This document shows positions 1 to 11,115 of a stretch of DNA of 64,000 nucleotides, in pieces. The position numbers were made by a program, and so were the translations under genes. The notes beneath the pieces are model-generated. The model had not been told where the DNA came from. It worked only from the letters and a program-made list of their open reading frames with translations, and made no database searches. Location: assembly GCA_964491895.1 (NCBI GenBank), contig CAZBHK010000001.1:91280-155279 (forward strand), written 5' to 3'. How positions within the stretch are numbered: position 1 is the first letter of the stretch; every line of letters starts with the position of its first letter. The DNA is from an uncultured Pseudomonadota bacterium. Lineage in GTDB: Bacteria; Babelota; Babeliae; Babelales; UBA12411.

Positions 1-108
1 AGAAAATACATGCTTTCTAAAAGTATAAAAATCGGAAAATTTGATTAGAAAAATGATACGGTGAATAGCCGTTACTATCGTTAGTTTTGGATTTTAAGGT
101 GGAAAAAT

Positions 109-486
109 ATGCCTACAATTAACCAGTTGCTACATTCACCGCGTTCGGTGGCCAGTAGTAAGTCAAAGTCTCCAGCATTGAATAGATGCCCTCAAAGAAG
201 GGGCGTTTGTTTGCGTGTTTATACAATGACACCTGTTAAACCTAACTCAGCATTGCGTAAGGTTGCCCGTGTAAAGCTTACCTCTGGGAAAGAGATAACT
301 GCTTACATTCAAGGAGAAGGCCACAATTTACAAGAGCACTCAGTAGTGTTAGTTCGTGGTGGTAAGGTTAAAGATTTGCCTGGAGTAAAGTACCATATTG
401 TTAGAGGTACTTTGGATACAGGTGGAGTTGAAGCTAGAAAGCAAAGTCGTTCATTGTATGGTGCTAAGAAGAAGAAGGGTGCCTAA
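109..486 (+). CDS. rpsL: 30S ribosomal protein S12
   Basis: [29 protein letters not shown] and VKDLPGV motifs; first gene of str operon. Confidence 0.99.
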   Translation: MPTINQLLHSPRSVASSKSKSPALNRCPQRRGVCLRVYTMTPVKPNSALRKVARVKLTSGKEITAYIQGEGHNLQEHSVVLVRGGKVKDLPGVKYHIVRGTLDTGGVEARKQSRSLYGAKKKKGA

Positions 487-959
487 TGCCAAGACGTAAA
501 AAAGTTGGATTAATAAGAGAAATAGGCTTAGATATTAAATATAAGTCAAAGTTAGTGCAGCGATTGATTAACTGTATTATGGAGCAAGGTAAGAAGAACG
601 TTGCTAGAACTATAGTATATGAAGCTTTAGATGTTGTTTCTCAGAAGACTGGTAATAAGGGATTTGCTACTTTTGAAAGAGCAATAGATCAACTTAGGCC
701 AGCTGTTGAAGTTAAGTCACGTCGTGTTGGTGGTGGTGTATATCAAATACCTACGGAAGTTAGACCTGCTAGAGCAACAGCTTTAGCTCTAAGATGGCTT
801 ATTGGGTCTGCTGCTGAACGTAAAGATAAGACTATGGGAAAACGCCTTGCAGCTGAAATAATGGAAGCTGTTGAAGGTAGGGGCAATGCTTATAAGAAGA
901 AAGTTGATGTTATAAGGATGGCAGAAGCTAATAGAGCTTTCTCTCATTACGCATGGTAA
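486..959 (+). CDS. rpsG: 30S ribosomal protein S7
   Basis: [21 protein letters not shown]; follows rpsL. Confidence 0.99.
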   Translation: MPRRKKVGLIREIGLDIKYKSKLVQRLINCIMEQGKKNVARTIVYEALDVVSQKTGNKGFATFERAIDQLRPAVEVKSRRVGGGVYQIPTEVRPARATALALRWLIGSAAERKDKTMGKRLAAEIMEAVEGRGNAYKKKVDVIRMAEANRAFSHYAW

Positions 960-963
960 TATA

Positions 964-3033
964 ATGAGCACTGACTACTTAAAGAAATATAGAAATATAG
1001 GAATAATGGCTCATATCGATGCTGGGAAAACAACTGTTACAGAACGTATATTGTTTTATACAGGAATATCTCACAAGATAGGAGAAGTTCATTCTGGTGA
1101 AGCTATTATGGACTGGATGGAGCAAGAAAGGGAGCGCGGAATTACTATTACTTCTGCTGCTACAACATGTTCTTGGAATGATCATCATATTAATATTATT
1201 GATACTCCTGGTCACGTAGATTTTACTATAGAAGTTGAGAGATCGCTCCGAGTTTTAGACGGAGCGGTTGCTGTTTTTTGCGGGGTTGGTGGGGTACAGC
1301 CTCAGTCTGAAACTGTATGGAGACAGGCTGATAGGTATCATGTTCCACGTATAGGATTTGTTAATAAATTAGATAGAATAGGTGCTAACTATTTCAATGT
1401 GGTTTCTGAGGTAGAGGAAAAGCTTAATGGCAATGCTTTGGCTATGCAGATACCTGTTGGAAAGTCAGAAGATTTTTCTGGTGTTATTGATGTTTTGACA
1501 AAGAGATTGGCTGTTTTTGATGATAGTACTCAAGGAGCCACTGTTATTTGGCAGGATGTTCCAGCTGAGTATAAAGATCAAGTTGAAGCGGCTTATATAA
1601 CAATACTTGAGCGTGCTTGTGATTTTGATGATGCTCTTGCAGAAAAATATTTAGATGGTAAACCGATTGCTATTTCTGAAATTAAGTCAGCATTAAGAAA
1701 AGGTACAAGGGACATTAAGGTAACTCTTATGTTTTGTGGCTCTGCTTTCAAAAACAAGGGTGTTCAGTTGGTATTAGATGCTGTTGTTGATTATTTACCT
1801 TCACCGTTAGAAGTTCCTTCTATAGAGGGAATAAATCCTAATACTAAGGAAAAAGATACAAGGCCATCTGATCCTGAAGCACCATTTGCAGCTCTAGCAT
1901 TTAAAATTATGACAGATCCTTTTGTTGGATCATTAGCGTTTACTCGTTTATATTCTGGTAAAATAGAAGCTGGTTCTTATGTATATAATATTACCAAGGA
2001 TAGAAAAGAGCGTGTTACTAGATTAGTGAAAATGCATGCTAATAAACGAGAAGAAATTCCCTCAGCTTCAGCTGGTGATATTGTTGCAGTAGTTGGATTA
2101 AAAGATACTTTTACTGGAGATACACTTTGTGATGAAAAGCATCCAATTTTGCTTGAAACAATACAGACACCAGAACCAGTTGTCAGTGTAGCCATAGAAC
2201 CTTCTGAAAAAGGTGGTTATGAAAAGATGGTTCTTGCATTACGTAAGATGGCGCAAGAAGATCCTTCTTTTAGGTTTACATATAATGAAGAAACTGGGCA
2301 AACAGTTATTTCTGGAATGGGCGAGCTTCATTTAGAGATTATTGTTGATAGATTAAAAAGAGAACACAAGGTAAATTCTGTTGTTGGTGCACCACAGGTT
2401 GCATACAAAGAAACTGTTCAAAGTTTTGTTCAAGCCGAAGGTAAATTTATTCGTCAATCTGGTGGACGCGGTCAATATGGACACGTATGGATTGAGGTGT
2501 CGCCAAAAGAACGAGGAACCGGTTTTGAGTTTGAAAACAAAATTTCTGGTGGTAGTATTCCAAGAGAATTTATACCTGGTATCCAGAAGGGAGTAGAAGA
2601 AGCAATTGTTTCAGGTATCTTAGCTGGATATCCAGTGGTGGATGTTAAGGTTGCTGTTTATGATGGTTCTTACCATGATGTTGATTCTTCAGAAATGGCA
2701 TTTAAGATTGCAGCATCAATGGCATTTAAGGAAGGTATGGCAAAGGCATCACCTGTAATACTTGAGCCTATTATGAAGGTTGAAGCATTGACTCCTGATG
2801 ATTACATGGGTGATGTTATGGGAGATTTAAACTCTCGTAGGGGAAGGATCCTTGGTATGGAGTCTCGAAAAGGAATTCAAGTTATTACAGCAGAGGTTCC
2901 TTTATCAGAGATGTTTGGATACGCAACGGATTTGCGTTCCATGTCAAAGGGACGAGCAAATTACTCTATGGAATTTGAGGTTTACCGAGAAGTTCCAAAA
3001 AGTGTTCAAGAAAACATAATTAATAAGAAGTAA
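964..3033 (+). CDS. fusA: Elongation factor G
   Basis: [37 protein letters not shown]; 689 aa. Confidence 0.99.
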   Translation: MSTDYLKKYRNIGIMAHIDAGKTTVTERILFYTGISHKIGEVHSGEAIMDWMEQERERGITITSAATTCSWNDHHINIIDTPGHVDFTIEVERSLRVLDGAVAVFCGVGGVQPQSETVWRQADRYHVPRIGFVNKLDRIGANYFNVVSEVEEKLNGNALAMQIPVGKSEDFSGVIDVLTKRLAVFDDSTQGATVIWQDVPAEYKDQVEAAYITILERACDFDDALAEKYLDGKPIAISEIKSALRKGTRDIKVTLMFCGSAFKNKGVQLVLDAVVDYLPSPLEVPSIEGINPNTKEKDTRPSDPEAPFAALAFKIMTDPFVGSLAFTRLYSGKIEAGSYVYNITKDRKERVTRLVKMHANKREEIPSASAGDIVAVVGLKDTFTGDTLCDEKHPILLETIQTPEPVVSVAIEPSEKGGYEKMVLALRKMAQEDPSFRFTYNEETGQTVISGMGELHLEIIVDRLKREHKVNSVVGAPQVAYKETVQSFVQAEGKFIRQSGGRGQYGHVWIEVSPKERGTGFEFENKISGGSIPREFIPGIQKGVEEAIVSGILAGYPVVDVKVAVYDGSYHDVDSSEMAFKIAASMAFKEGMAKASPVILEPIMKVEALTPDDYMGDVMGDLNSRRGRILGMESRKGIQVITAEVPLSEMFGYATDLRSMSKGRANYSMEFEVYREVPKSVQENIINKK

Positions 3034-3042
3034 GGGAAGGCT

Positions 3043-4233
3043 ATGGCAAAGGGTAAATTTGAAAGAACGAAACCGCACGTTAACGTTGGTACTATAGGTC
3101 ACGTTGATCATGGTAAAACAACTTTAACCGCTGCAATTACAAAGGTTTTGTCAAAAAGTGGTGGAGCAGAAGCTATTGCATATGATCAAATAGATAAAGC
3201 TCCAGAAGAAAAAGAACGTGGTATTACTATTTCTGCATCACACGTAGAATATGAAACACCTAATAGACACTATGCACACGTAGATTGTCCTGGACACGCT
3301 GATTATATTAAAAACATGATCACTGGTGCTGCTCAAATGGACGGTGCAATATTGGTTGTTTCTGCATATGATGGACCTATGCCTCAAACAAGAGAGCATA
3401 TTCTTTTAGCTCACCAAGTAGGTGTTCCTAAGATAGTTGTTTTCTTGAATAAGGTTGATATGGTTGATGATCCAGATATGATTGACCTTGTTGAAGAAGA
3501 AGTACGCGATCTTCTTGCAAAATACGGCTATCCTGGAAAAGAAGTTCCAGTTATTAGAGGTTCTGCATTAAAGGCTTTAGAAGGCGATACATCAGAAATA
3601 GGTGAAGGCGCAATATTGAAGCTTATGAATGCATTAGATACATATATTCCAGTGCCAGAGCGTGCTATCGACAAACCATTCTTAATGCCTATAGAAGACG
3701 TATTCTCTATAGCTGGTCGTGGTACAGTAGTAACAGGCCGTATAGAAGAAGGTAAGGTCAAAGTTGGAGAAGAAGTCGCACTTATCGGTTTAGGTTCTAT
3801 ACTCAAATCAACTGTTACAGGTGTTGAGATGTTTAGAAAAGAGCTTGACTATGGTGAAGCTGGCGATAACGTAGGTTTATTGCTTCGTGGTCTTAAAAAA
3901 GAAGATGCAGCACGTGGAATGGTTGTTGCTAAGCCAGGAAGTATTACACCACACAAGAAATTTAAAGCACAAGTTGTTGTTCTTACTAAAGAAGAAGGTG
4001 GAAGACACAGTCCATTTTTCTCTGGATATCGTCCACAGTTCTATTTTAGAACAACAGACGTAACAGGTGTTGTCACTTTACCAGCAGGTAGAGAGATGGT
4101 TATGCCTGGAGATACGGTAGAGTTGACAATTGAACTTCTCACTACTATAGCAATGGAAGAGAACTTAAAGTTTGCTATACGTGAAGGTGGAAGTACAGTT
4201 GGTGCTGGTACAGTAACATCTATTATTGAGTAA
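3043..4233 (+). CDS. tuf: Elongation factor Tu
   Basis: [37 protein letters not shown]; 396 aa. Confidence 0.99.
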   Translation: MAKGKFERTKPHVNVGTIGHVDHGKTTLTAAITKVLSKSGGAEAIAYDQIDKAPEEKERGITISASHVEYETPNRHYAHVDCPGHADYIKNMITGAAQMDGAILVVSAYDGPMPQTREHILLAHQVGVPKIVVFLNKVDMVDDPDMIDLVEEEVRDLLAKYGYPGKEVPVIRGSALKALEGDTSEIGEGAILKLMNALDTYIPVPERAIDKPFLMPIEDVFSIAGRGTVVTGRIEEGKVKVGEEVALIGLGSILKSTVTGVEMFRKELDYGEAGDNVGLLLRGLKKEDAARGMVVAKPGSITPHKKFKAQVVVLTKEEGGRHSPFFSGYRPQFYFRTTDVTGVVTLPAGREMVMPGDTVELTIELLTTIAMEENLKFAIREGGSTVGAGTVTSIIE

Positions 4234-4245
4234 GAAGATCGGGCT

Positions 4246-4551
4246 ATGAAGAAACATAAAATACGTTTAACTCTTAAGTCATATGATCATCAGCTTTTAG
4301 ATAAAGCAGTAAAACAAATTGTATTAACTGTTAAGAGAACAGGGTCTCAGGTATTGGGACCTGTTCCTCTTCCAAACAGAACGCAAGTGTTTACTGTGCT
4401 TAGGTCTCCCCATGTTGATAAAAAATCTCGTGAGCAGTTTGAATTGATTACTCACAAAAGGATTTTGTATATAGTGGCGCCATCCGAACAAACCATGGAT
4501 GCGTTAGGGAAGCTTAATATATCCGCTGGTGTTGATGTAGAAGTTCGATAG
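4246..4551 (+). CDS. rpsJ: 30S ribosomal protein S10
   Basis: [21 protein letters not shown]. Confidence 0.99.
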   Translation: MKKHKIRLTLKSYDHQLLDKAVKQIVLTVKRTGSQVLGPVPLPNRTQVFTVLRSPHVDKKSREQFELITHKRILYIVAPSEQTMDALGKLNISAGVDVEVR

Positions 4552-4556
4552 GAATC

Positions 4557-5183
4557 ATGATGTTAGCAAGAGTATTAGGAAATAAAATTGGAATGACTCA
4601 GGTTCTTGATAAGGACAAGGGAGTAATCCCTGTTACTGTAGTTGATGTTTCTGATTGGCTAATTACACAAGTTAAAGTAAAAGAGCATGATGGATATGAT
4701 GCTTTACAACTTGGTAAGATTAAGAAGAAATATCAAGATAAAGAATTTGAAGATGATTGGATTTCTCATAAGCAAATTTACTTTTCTCATATAAAAGAGA
4801 TAAGACTTGCTGAGAAAAAAGAAGTATCTATAGGACAGAGATTTTCTTATGATCTTATGGGCATAGAGGTTGGAGATACGGTTGATGTTGCAGGTACTTC
4901 AACAGGTCTTGGCTTTCAGGGTGTTGTTAAGAGATGGGGATTTGCTGGTGGACCTGGAGCCCATGGATCAACATTTCATAGAGCTCCTGGATCTTCAAGT
5001 CATATGAGAAGACAGGGTGAAGTTATTAAGGGAAAGAAATTTCCTGGTCATTGTGGTGTAGATCGTGTAACAGTACAGGGTCTAAAGATTGTTGGTTTTG
5101 ACAAGAATGCTGGTTACCTTTTAATTAAAGGTGCAATTCCAGGAAAGAAAAATTCTCTTGTTTACATAGGTAAGCGAAAGTAA
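4557..5183 (+). CDS. rplC: 50S ribosomal protein L3
   Basis: KIGMTQV, GFQGVVKRWGF, GAIPG; S10 operon position. Confidence 0.98.
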   Translation: MMLARVLGNKIGMTQVLDKDKGVIPVTVVDVSDWLITQVKVKEHDGYDALQLGKIKKKYQDKEFEDDWISHKQIYFSHIKEIRLAEKKEVSIGQRFSYDLMGIEVGDTVDVAGTSTGLGFQGVVKRWGFAGGPGAHGSTFHRAPGSSSHMRRQGEVIKGKKFPGHCGVDRVTVQGLKIVGFDKNAGYLLIKGAIPGKKNSLVYIGKRK

Positions 5184-5188
5184 TCACA

Positions 5189-5809
5189 ATGCAAGTATAT
5201 GATTTAAACGGCAAAGCCGAAAACATTAATTTAGATTTTGGACTTGAGAAAAAAGAAGTAAGTCCATTAGCATATTCTTGTGCTATTCAAGTTTTACGTC
5301 AAAACTGGCGTCAAGGTACTGTTGCATGTAAGGATCGTGGAGAGGTTGCCTTTTCTACAAAGAAGCCTTGGAAGCAAAAAGGAACTGGACGAGCACGAGC
5401 TGGAATGAAAAGTTCTCCTTTATGGAGAAAAGGTGGTGTTGTTTTTGGACCTCAAGAACGAGTACGCACTTTAAAAATACATAAAAAGATGCGCTCAGCT
5501 ATTCTAAATAATATTTTTCATGTTATGAATGAAAAAGAAAATATAAGTTGTTTAGATTTTACTCCAGAAAAGCCAACAACTAAGGTAGCTTTTAATGCGT
5601 TAACTGCTATCGGATTAAGTGGAAAGAAATTGAATTTATTTTTAAATCCTTCTGATTGGACATCAATGTTGTGTTTTCAAAATATTCCAAATGTTAATAT
5701 TTTGTTATTTGATGAGCCAAACGTATATGCATTAACCAATTGTGAACATTGGTTATTTCTTAAGAAGGATATGGCCTCATTTAAAGATATGGTTTCAAAA
5801 TGGAACTAG
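5189..5809 (+). CDS. rplD: 50S ribosomal protein L4
   Basis: KPWKQKGTGRAR, SPLWRKGGVVFGP. Confidence 0.98.
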   Translation: MQVYDLNGKAENINLDFGLEKKEVSPLAYSCAIQVLRQNWRQGTVACKDRGEVAFSTKKPWKQKGTGRARAGMKSSPLWRKGGVVFGPQERVRTLKIHKKMRSAILNNIFHVMNEKENISCLDFTPEKPTTKVAFNALTAIGLSGKKLNLFLNPSDWTSMLCFQNIPNVNILLFDEPNVYALTNCEHWLFLKKDMASFKDMVSKWN

Positions 5810-6135
5810 GTATTTACGATATAATTAAAGGCACTATATCTACACCAAAAAGTATTTTGCTTAGAAAAAAATTAGGGACTATTACTCTAAGAGTTAATAA
5901 GCTTGCTAATAAGGTTATGATACGTGGAGCCGTTGAAAAAATTTGGAATGTTAAAGTTAAAAATGTTCGTATTATAAATCTGCCTGGTAAATCTAAGATG
6001 GTTGGAAGAATACAGCATTATAGAGCAGATACAAAGAAAGCACTTGTTTCTTTGATGCCGGGCTATAAAATTGATCTTCCAGATCAATTTGAGTCTATGG
6101 GTATAAATGAGACAGAACATAAGGGGGATGAATAA
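5800..6135 (+). CDS. rplW: 50S ribosomal protein L23 with acidic C-terminal extension
   Basis: Between rplD and rplB; ANK..IR.AVEKIWNVKV and KKALVSL. Confidence 0.96.
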   Translation: MELGIYDIIKGTISTPKSILLRKKLGTITLRVNKLANKVMIRGAVEKIWNVKVKNVRIINLPGKSKMVGRIQHYRADTKKALVSLMPGYKIDLPDQFESMGINETEHKGDE

Positions 6136-6137
6136 CT

Positions 6138-6956
6138 ATGGCTATAGTAACTCGAAGACCTAGAAATTCATCTTTACGAGGTCAACAATTTATTTCAACT
6201 AAGCATCTAACAAAGAAGGCTCCAGAAAAATCTTTATTAGCACCGATGACCCAAAAAGGTGGTCGTAATGCTTATGGAAGAATTACTGTTCGTCATCAAG
6301 GTGGTGGAGCTAAGAGAAAGTATAGAATAGTTGATTTTAAGCGTCTTAATAGAGAGATTCCTGCTATAGTTACTGCGGTAGAGTATGATCCAAATAGGAA
6401 CGTTCCTTTGGCTTTGCTTGTTTACAAAAATGGAGCAAAGAGTTATATTTTATGTCCAGAAGGCGTAATTGTGGGGAATGAAATAATTGCTGGTGAAGCA
6501 GTTGAAGCTAAGCCTGGTAATTCTTTAAAATTAAGAAATACTCCAGTTGGTTTTTTAATACATAACATTGAGTTATGGCCTGGACGTGGTGGTGCAATTT
6601 CAAGAAGTGCAGGTACGTCTGCTCAATTGATGGCAAAAGAAGGCGATTTTGCCATTCTTAAGATGCCATCAAGTGAGATTCGAAAAGTTTCTTTAGATTG
6701 TTTTGCAACAGTTGGTGTTCTTTCAAATGCTGATCATAGAAATATAGTCCTCGGAAAAGCAGGAAGAACTCGTCATAGAGGTGTTAGACCTACTGTAAGA
6801 GGTATGGCTATGAATCCTGTTGATCACCCGCATGGAGGAGGAGAAGGTCGCTCCAAATCTGGTTCTCATCCTACTACACCATGGGGTAAGAATTGTAAGG
6901 GTATGCGAACAAGGAAGAGAAAGAGTGATTTTATTGTTAGAAGAAGAAGTAAGTAG
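6138..6956 (+). CDS. rplB: 50S ribosomal protein L2
   Basis: GRITVRHQGGG, EYDPNR, RGMAMNPVDHPHGGGEG. Confidence 0.99.
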   Translation: MAIVTRRPRNSSLRGQQFISTKHLTKKAPEKSLLAPMTQKGGRNAYGRITVRHQGGGAKRKYRIVDFKRLNREIPAIVTAVEYDPNRNVPLALLVYKNGAKSYILCPEGVIVGNEIIAGEAVEAKPGNSLKLRNTPVGFLIHNIELWPGRGGAISRSAGTSAQLMAKEGDFAILKMPSSEIRKVSLDCFATVGVLSNADHRNIVLGKAGRTRHRGVRPTVRGMAMNPVDHPHGGGEGRSKSGSHPTTPWGKNCKGMRTRKRKSDFIVRRRSK

Positions 6957-6978
6957 GTGTACATAAGGAATTTGCGAT

Positions 6979-7344
6979 ATGACAAGATCGATTAAAAAAG
7001 GACCATACGTAGCTTCTTGTCTTGCAAAAAAGCTGAAGCAAGTTAAGAGTTCCGGGAAAAAAGAAGTTCTTAAGACCTGGAAAAGAGCTAGTATGATTAC
7101 ACCAGATTTTGTAGGAATAACCTTTGCTGTTCATGATGGCAAAAAGTTTCAATCTGTTTTTGTTACAGAAGATATGGTTGGTCATGCATTGGGCGAATTT
7201 GCACCTACAAGAACTTTTCGTATGCATAGTGGTCAAAGACAATCAGGTGCAGCATCAGCGGCCAAGACTCCAGCTCCAGCTTCAGCTCCAGTAGCAGCAG
7301 CGGCAAAAGCTCCAGCGGCAAAAGCTCCAGCAAAGAAGAAATAG
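6979..7344 (+). CDS. rpsS: 30S ribosomal protein S19 with Ala/Pro/Lys-rich C-terminal tail
   Basis: [27 protein letters not shown]. Confidence 0.98.
   Translation: MTRSIKKGPYVASCLAKKLKQVKSSGKKEVLKTWKRASMITPDFVGITFAVHDGKKFQSVFVTEDMVGHALGEFAPTRTFRMHSGQRQSGAASAAKTPAPASAPVAAAAKAPAAKAPAKKK
7300..7329 (+). repeat. Tandem 15-nt coding repeat (gcggcaaaagctcca x2) in rpsS tail
   Basis: Exact direct repeat at 7300-7314 and 7315-7329 encoding [10 protein letters not shown]. Confidence 0.85.
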
Positions 7345-7352
7345 GGTAAGAT

Positions 7353-7715
7353 ATGTTTAAAGCAAAAAGTAAATTTATAAGAGTATCGCCTTACAAGATG
7401 AGGCCTCTCGCGGATGTAATTCGTGGGTATAATGTTGAGAGAGCTTTAGCTTGGCTTAAAACTTATGCAGGAACCAAGAGAGTTAGTCCGTTAGAAAAGG
7501 TTATTTTTTCTGCTTATTCAAATGCTAAGCACGCAGAAGAGAATTTGACTATGAGAGACCTTAGGATCAAAATTTTAAAGGTTGATCAAGGCCCATCCTT
7601 TAGTTACTTTAAGCCATCTGCAATGGGAAGAGCGGCTGTTTTGAGAAAAAGGTTGAGTCATTTAGAAATTGGTTTAGAAAAAATAATAAAAGTCGATACA
7701 AAGAAGAAAAGCTAG
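7353..7715 (+). CDS. rplV: 50S ribosomal protein L22
   Basis: IRVSPYKMR, SAYSNA, VDQGP, RKRLSHL. Confidence 0.97.
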   Translation: MFKAKSKFIRVSPYKMRPLADVIRGYNVERALAWLKTYAGTKRVSPLEKVIFSAYSNAKHAEENLTMRDLRIKILKVDQGPSFSYFKPSAMGRAAVLRKRLSHLEIGLEKIIKVDTKKKS

Positions 7716-7724
7716 AGGTGTCTT

Positions 7725-8360
7725 GTGGGACAAAAAGTTAATCCATTTGGATTTAGATTAGGAATTTTCGAAGACTGGAAGGCTCAATGGTTTGCTAAGA
7801 GATCATATGGCAAAGAATTGTCTGAGGATTTAAGTATTAGAAAGTATTTAAACAGTGCTTTAGAGCAATCAGAAGTTTCTAAGATGGTTATTCAAAAAGC
7901 TGGTGAGAATATTCGTGTAATTGTTTATTCTGGAAAACCAGGCTTAGTTATAGGTAAAAAAGGTGCTGGTATAGACAAATTGAGAGCAGATCTTTTTGCA
8001 AAGTTTAAAAAGAACATTGACGTTTCAGTTCAAGAGATTCGTGTTCCTGAATTGGATGCTAAGTTAGTTGCAGAAGATATAGCTCAACAAATTGTTAGAC
8101 GTGCTCATTTTAAGAAACTTATGAAGAGAGCGGGTCTTTCTGCTATGAAAGCAGGAGCCAAGGGTATAAAAGTTTGTTGTTCTGGTCGTTTGGGTGGGGC
8201 TGAAATAGCACGACAAGAATGGATACGTCTTGGTTGCGTACCTTTGCATACATTACGTTCTAATGTTGATTATGCTACAGCAAGAGCAAAAACAACTTAT
8301 GGAATAGTTGGTGTTAAGGTTTGGATTTGCAAGGGTGATTACTCTAATTTAAACAAGTAA
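7725..8360 (+). CDS. rpsC: 30S ribosomal protein S3
   Basis: GTG start; GQKVNPFGFRLG, SGRLGGAEIAR, VPLHTLR. Confidence 0.99.
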   Translation: MGQKVNPFGFRLGIFEDWKAQWFAKRSYGKELSEDLSIRKYLNSALEQSEVSKMVIQKAGENIRVIVYSGKPGLVIGKKGAGIDKLRADLFAKFKKNIDVSVQEIRVPELDAKLVAEDIAQQIVRRAHFKKLMKRAGLSAMKAGAKGIKVCCSGRLGGAEIARQEWIRLGCVPLHTLRSNVDYATARAKTTYGIVGVKVWICKGDYSNLNK

Positions 8361-8372
8361 AGAGATTATGCC

Positions 8373-8783
8373 ATGTTGATGCCGAAAAAAACAAAATTTA
8401 GAAAATCGCAAAGAGGTCGTATGTCTGGCCTATCCAAAGGAGCAAGAACTGTAGCTTTTGGAGAATATGGATTGATGGCAACGGAGCCTATTTGGCTAAC
8501 CTCTAAGCAAATTGAGTCTATGCGTATAACAATTGCTCGAAGAATTAAAAAGATCGGCAAATTATATTTAAGGGTTTTTCCAGATAAGCCAATATCTAAG
8601 AAGCCTGCAGAAACTCGTATGGGTAAGGGTAAAGGTGCTCCAGAGTTTTGGGCAGCTGTTGTTAAAAGAGGTCGTGTTTTGTGTGAGTTGGGAGATTTAT
8701 CAGAAGCAGAAGCTAAAGTAATTTTTAAGGTAGCTGCATCTAAACTTCCAATAAAAACTAAGTTCGTTAGAAAAGAAAAATAG
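8373..8783 (+). CDS. rplP: 50S ribosomal protein L16
   Basis: [16 protein letters not shown]. Confidence 0.99.
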   Translation: MLMPKKTKFRKSQRGRMSGLSKGARTVAFGEYGLMATEPIWLTSKQIESMRITIARRIKKIGKLYLRVFPDKPISKKPAETRMGKGKGAPEFWAAVVKRGRVLCELGDLSEAEAKVIFKVAASKLPIKTKFVRKEK

Positions 8784-8787
8784 CAAA

Positions 8788-8967
8788 ATGGAAAACAAAA
8801 GTTCTAAAGATACGTTAAAACAGGAAGTTCTTGAACTTAAAAAAGAGCTTTTTAATTTAAAACTTAATGCTTCAACAATGCATGTTAAAGATTACTCTCA
8901 ATTTAAAAAATTGAGGCAGAGAATTGCTCGTGCATTAACAAGCTTCAGGGAGCAAGCTAATGGTTAA
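8788..8967 (+). CDS. rpmC: 50S ribosomal protein L29 (59 aa; not in the ORF track)
   Basis: Hand-translated MENKSSKDTLKQEVLELKKELFNLKLNASTMHVKDYSQFKKLRQRIARALTSFREQANG; ELFNL..RQRIAR motif between rplP and rpsQ. Confidence 0.95.
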   Translation: MENKSSKDTLKQEVLELKKELFNLKLNASTMHVKDYSQFKKLRQRIARALTSFREQANG

Positions 8968-9226
8968 TGAAATAAAGAAAACAACTTCAGAGCGTATTTT
9001 AGAGGGAGAAGTTGTTTCCGATAAAATGCACAAAACAGTCGTAATCAAGGTTACACGTACTTTTAAGCATCCTAAGCTTGGAAAGATTGTGAAAAGATTT
9101 AAGAAATATAAAGTGCATGACGAAAAAGAAATAGCTAAGATTGGCGATTTAGTTGAAGCTAAGGAATGTCGTCCTCTGTCTAAGACAAAGCACATGGTAT
9201 TGCATAAGGTGCTTAGAACAGCTTAG
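8960..9226 (+). CDS. rpsQ: 30S ribosomal protein S17
   Basis: GEVVSDKMHKTVV, KYKVHDE, ECRPLSKTK. Confidence 0.98.
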   Translation: MVNEIKKTTSERILEGEVVSDKMHKTVVIKVTRTFKHPKLGKIVKRFKKYKVHDEKEIAKIGDLVEAKECRPLSKTKHMVLHKVLRTA

Positions 9227-9235
9227 GAGAAAGTT

Positions 9236-9607
9236 ATGATACAAAAACGAACAATGTTAATAGTTGCAGATAACTCTGGTGCAAAAAGTTTACAAGTAAT
9301 AGGTATTCCTGGTGGTACTAAAAAAGATAAGGCTATTCTAGGTGATATTGTTAAGGTTACTGTTAAACGAGCTATTCCTGGTGGCAAGGTAAAAAAGAGT
9401 GATGTTCTAGATGCTGTGATTGTTAGAACAAGAAAAGAAACAAGAAGATCTGATGGCAGCTATATTCGCTTTGATGATAATGCAGCTGTAATTATAGATT
9501 TAAAGACGAAGCAACCAATAGGCTCACGTATTTTTGGACCTATTGCCCGTGAGATTAAGGCTAAGGGTTATGCTGATATAATTTCTTTGGCTCCAGAAGT
9601 TTTATAA
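9236..9607 (+). CDS. rplN: 50S ribosomal protein L14
   Basis: [28 protein letters not shown]. Confidence 0.99.
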   Translation: MIQKRTMLIVADNSGAKSLQVIGIPGGTKKDKAILGDIVKVTVKRAIPGGKVKKSDVLDAVIVRTRKETRRSDGSYIRFDDNAAVIIDLKTKQPIGSRIFGPIAREIKAKGYADIISLAPEVL

Positions 9608-9621
9608 CGGAAGTAATAACA

Positions 9622-9936
9622 ATGTTAAGTAATATAAGAAAAAACGATAAAGTTTATGTTATCTCTGGTAGAGATAAGGGAAAAGAAGGCAAGGTAATAG
9701 AAGTTGATAGCAAGAACAATCGAGTTCTTGTTAAAGGTATTAGCATTGTCTCCAAGCATAAAAAAGCAAAAAAACATGGAGAACAAAGTAGCATAGTTCA
9801 AAAAGAAAGTTATATTCCACAAGATAAGATTATGCCTATTTGTTCTACATGTAAGAAAGCCTGCCGTGTTCGTGCTAAAGCAGAAGATGGTAAGAAGAAG
9901 ATTAGAGTTTGTCATCGTTGTAATAAAGAGTTATAA
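9622..9936 (+). CDS. rplX: 50S ribosomal protein L24
   Basis: KOW motif [13 protein letters not shown]; spc operon position. Confidence 0.98.
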   Translation: MLSNIRKNDKVYVISGRDKGKEGKVIEVDSKNNRVLVKGISIVSKHKKAKKHGEQSSIVQKESYIPQDKIMPICSTCKKACRVRAKAEDGKKKIRVCHRCNKEL

Positions 9937-9955
9937 GCTGCTAGGTGATAATAAA

Positions 9956-10498
9956 ATGAGTTCGCGTTTAAAAGAAATTTATAAAGAAAAAATTTGCAAA
10001 GAGCTTTTAACTGAGTTGGATTATAAGAATATTATGGAAGTTCCTAAGCTTTCTAAAATAGTTCTTAATGTTGGTGTTAAAGAAGCTGTTGCTGATAGTA
10101 AAGTTTTGGGTGGTATAAAAGAGCTAATTAGTGCGGTTGCGGGACAGGCATCAGTAATTACTAAGGCTAAAAAGTCTATTGCTGGATTTAAGGTTCGTAC
10201 AGGTATGCCATTAGGTGTTATGGTTACACTTAGAGGTGATAATATGTACAACTTTTTAGATAAATTAATTAACATATCTTTACCACGAGTGAGAGATTTT
10301 CAGGGTGTAAATACAAAATTTGATGGTCGCGGAAATTACAATCTAGGTATCAAAGATTGGTTAATTTTCCCTGAAATTGATTATGAAAAAGTTGATAAAA
10401 TTCGTGGTATTAATATTACCATTGAAACGACAGCTAAAAACGATAAAGAAGCATTGGCTTTGCTCAAGAATTTTGGCATGCCATTCAGAGCAAGCTAG
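9956..10498 (+). CDS. rplE: 50S ribosomal protein L5
   Basis: Start moved to ATG at 9956 (MSSRLKE) so it no longer overlaps rplX; [27 protein letters not shown]. Confidence 0.98.
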   Translation: MSSRLKEIYKEKICKELLTELDYKNIMEVPKLSKIVLNVGVKEAVADSKVLGGIKELISAVAGQASVITKAKKSIAGFKVRTGMPLGVMVTLRGDNMYNFLDKLINISLPRVRDFQGVNTKFDGRGNYNLGIKDWLIFPEIDYEKVDKIRGINITIETTAKNDKEALALLKNFGMPFRAS

Positions 10499-10510
10499 AG
10501 GATTAAGTGT

Positions 10511-10696
10511 ATGGCAAGAAAATGTTTGATAGAAAAATCTAAAAAAACTCCAAAGTTTTTGACTAGACAACGTAACCGTTGTGAACAATGTGGTCGTCCT
10601 AGGAGTTTTATTAGGATGTTTATGTTATGTAGAATGTGTTTTAGAAAATTTGCACTTAAAGGAATGCTTCCTGGTGTAAAGAAGTGTAGCTGGTAG
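10511..10696 (+). CDS. rpsN: 30S ribosomal protein S14, Zn-binding type Z
   Basis: 61 aa; [16 protein letters not shown]; LPGVKK. Confidence 0.98.
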   Translation: MARKCLIEKSKKTPKFLTRQRNRCEQCGRPRSFIRMFMLCRMCFRKFALKGMLPGVKKCSW

Positions 10697-10707
10697 AGAG
10701 GCTAAAT

Positions 10708-11103
10708 ATGTCAATCGATGTTATAGGAAATTTTTTGACAATAATTCGTAACGGCATACATGCTCGTAAGAGAAGTGTTGTTGCACCTTTTTCTAATGAA
10801 AAACTTAATATTGCTAAAGTTTTGAAGGAAGAGGGTTTTATAAAAGAATATGCAAAAGTAGAAGATGCTAATGGCAAACCAGTAATAACAATAACTTTGA
10901 AATATGTGACTGGCGAGTCAACAATTCATGAAATTACAAGAGTAAGTAAACCAGGATGTAGGCGATACGAGAGTCTCAGAAATATGACTTCAGTTATTGG
11001 TGGTTTAGGAATATCTGTTTTATCTACTAATGTTGGTATTTTGAGTGATAAAAAAGCTCGAGAATTATCAGTTGGTGGCGAGGTTATTTGTCATGTTTGG
11101 TAA
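10708..11103 (+). CDS. rpsH: 30S ribosomal protein S8
   Basis: LTIIRNG, LKEEGFI, VSKPGCRRY, GGEVIC. Confidence 0.98.
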   Translation: MSIDVIGNFLTIIRNGIHARKRSVVAPFSNEKLNIAKVLKEEGFIKEYAKVEDANGKPVITITLKYVTGESTIHEITRVSKPGCRRYESLRNMTSVIGGLGISVLSTNVGILSDKKARELSVGGEVICHVW

Positions 11104-11115
11104 AGGGGTTACAAC

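Noticed and set aside
9866-9955. N-terminal extension of rplE in the ORF track (also rplO 12589, 22137, rlmB 50442, 51789)
   Set aside because: Longest-ORF artefacts; downstream ATGs match family starts or RBS positions
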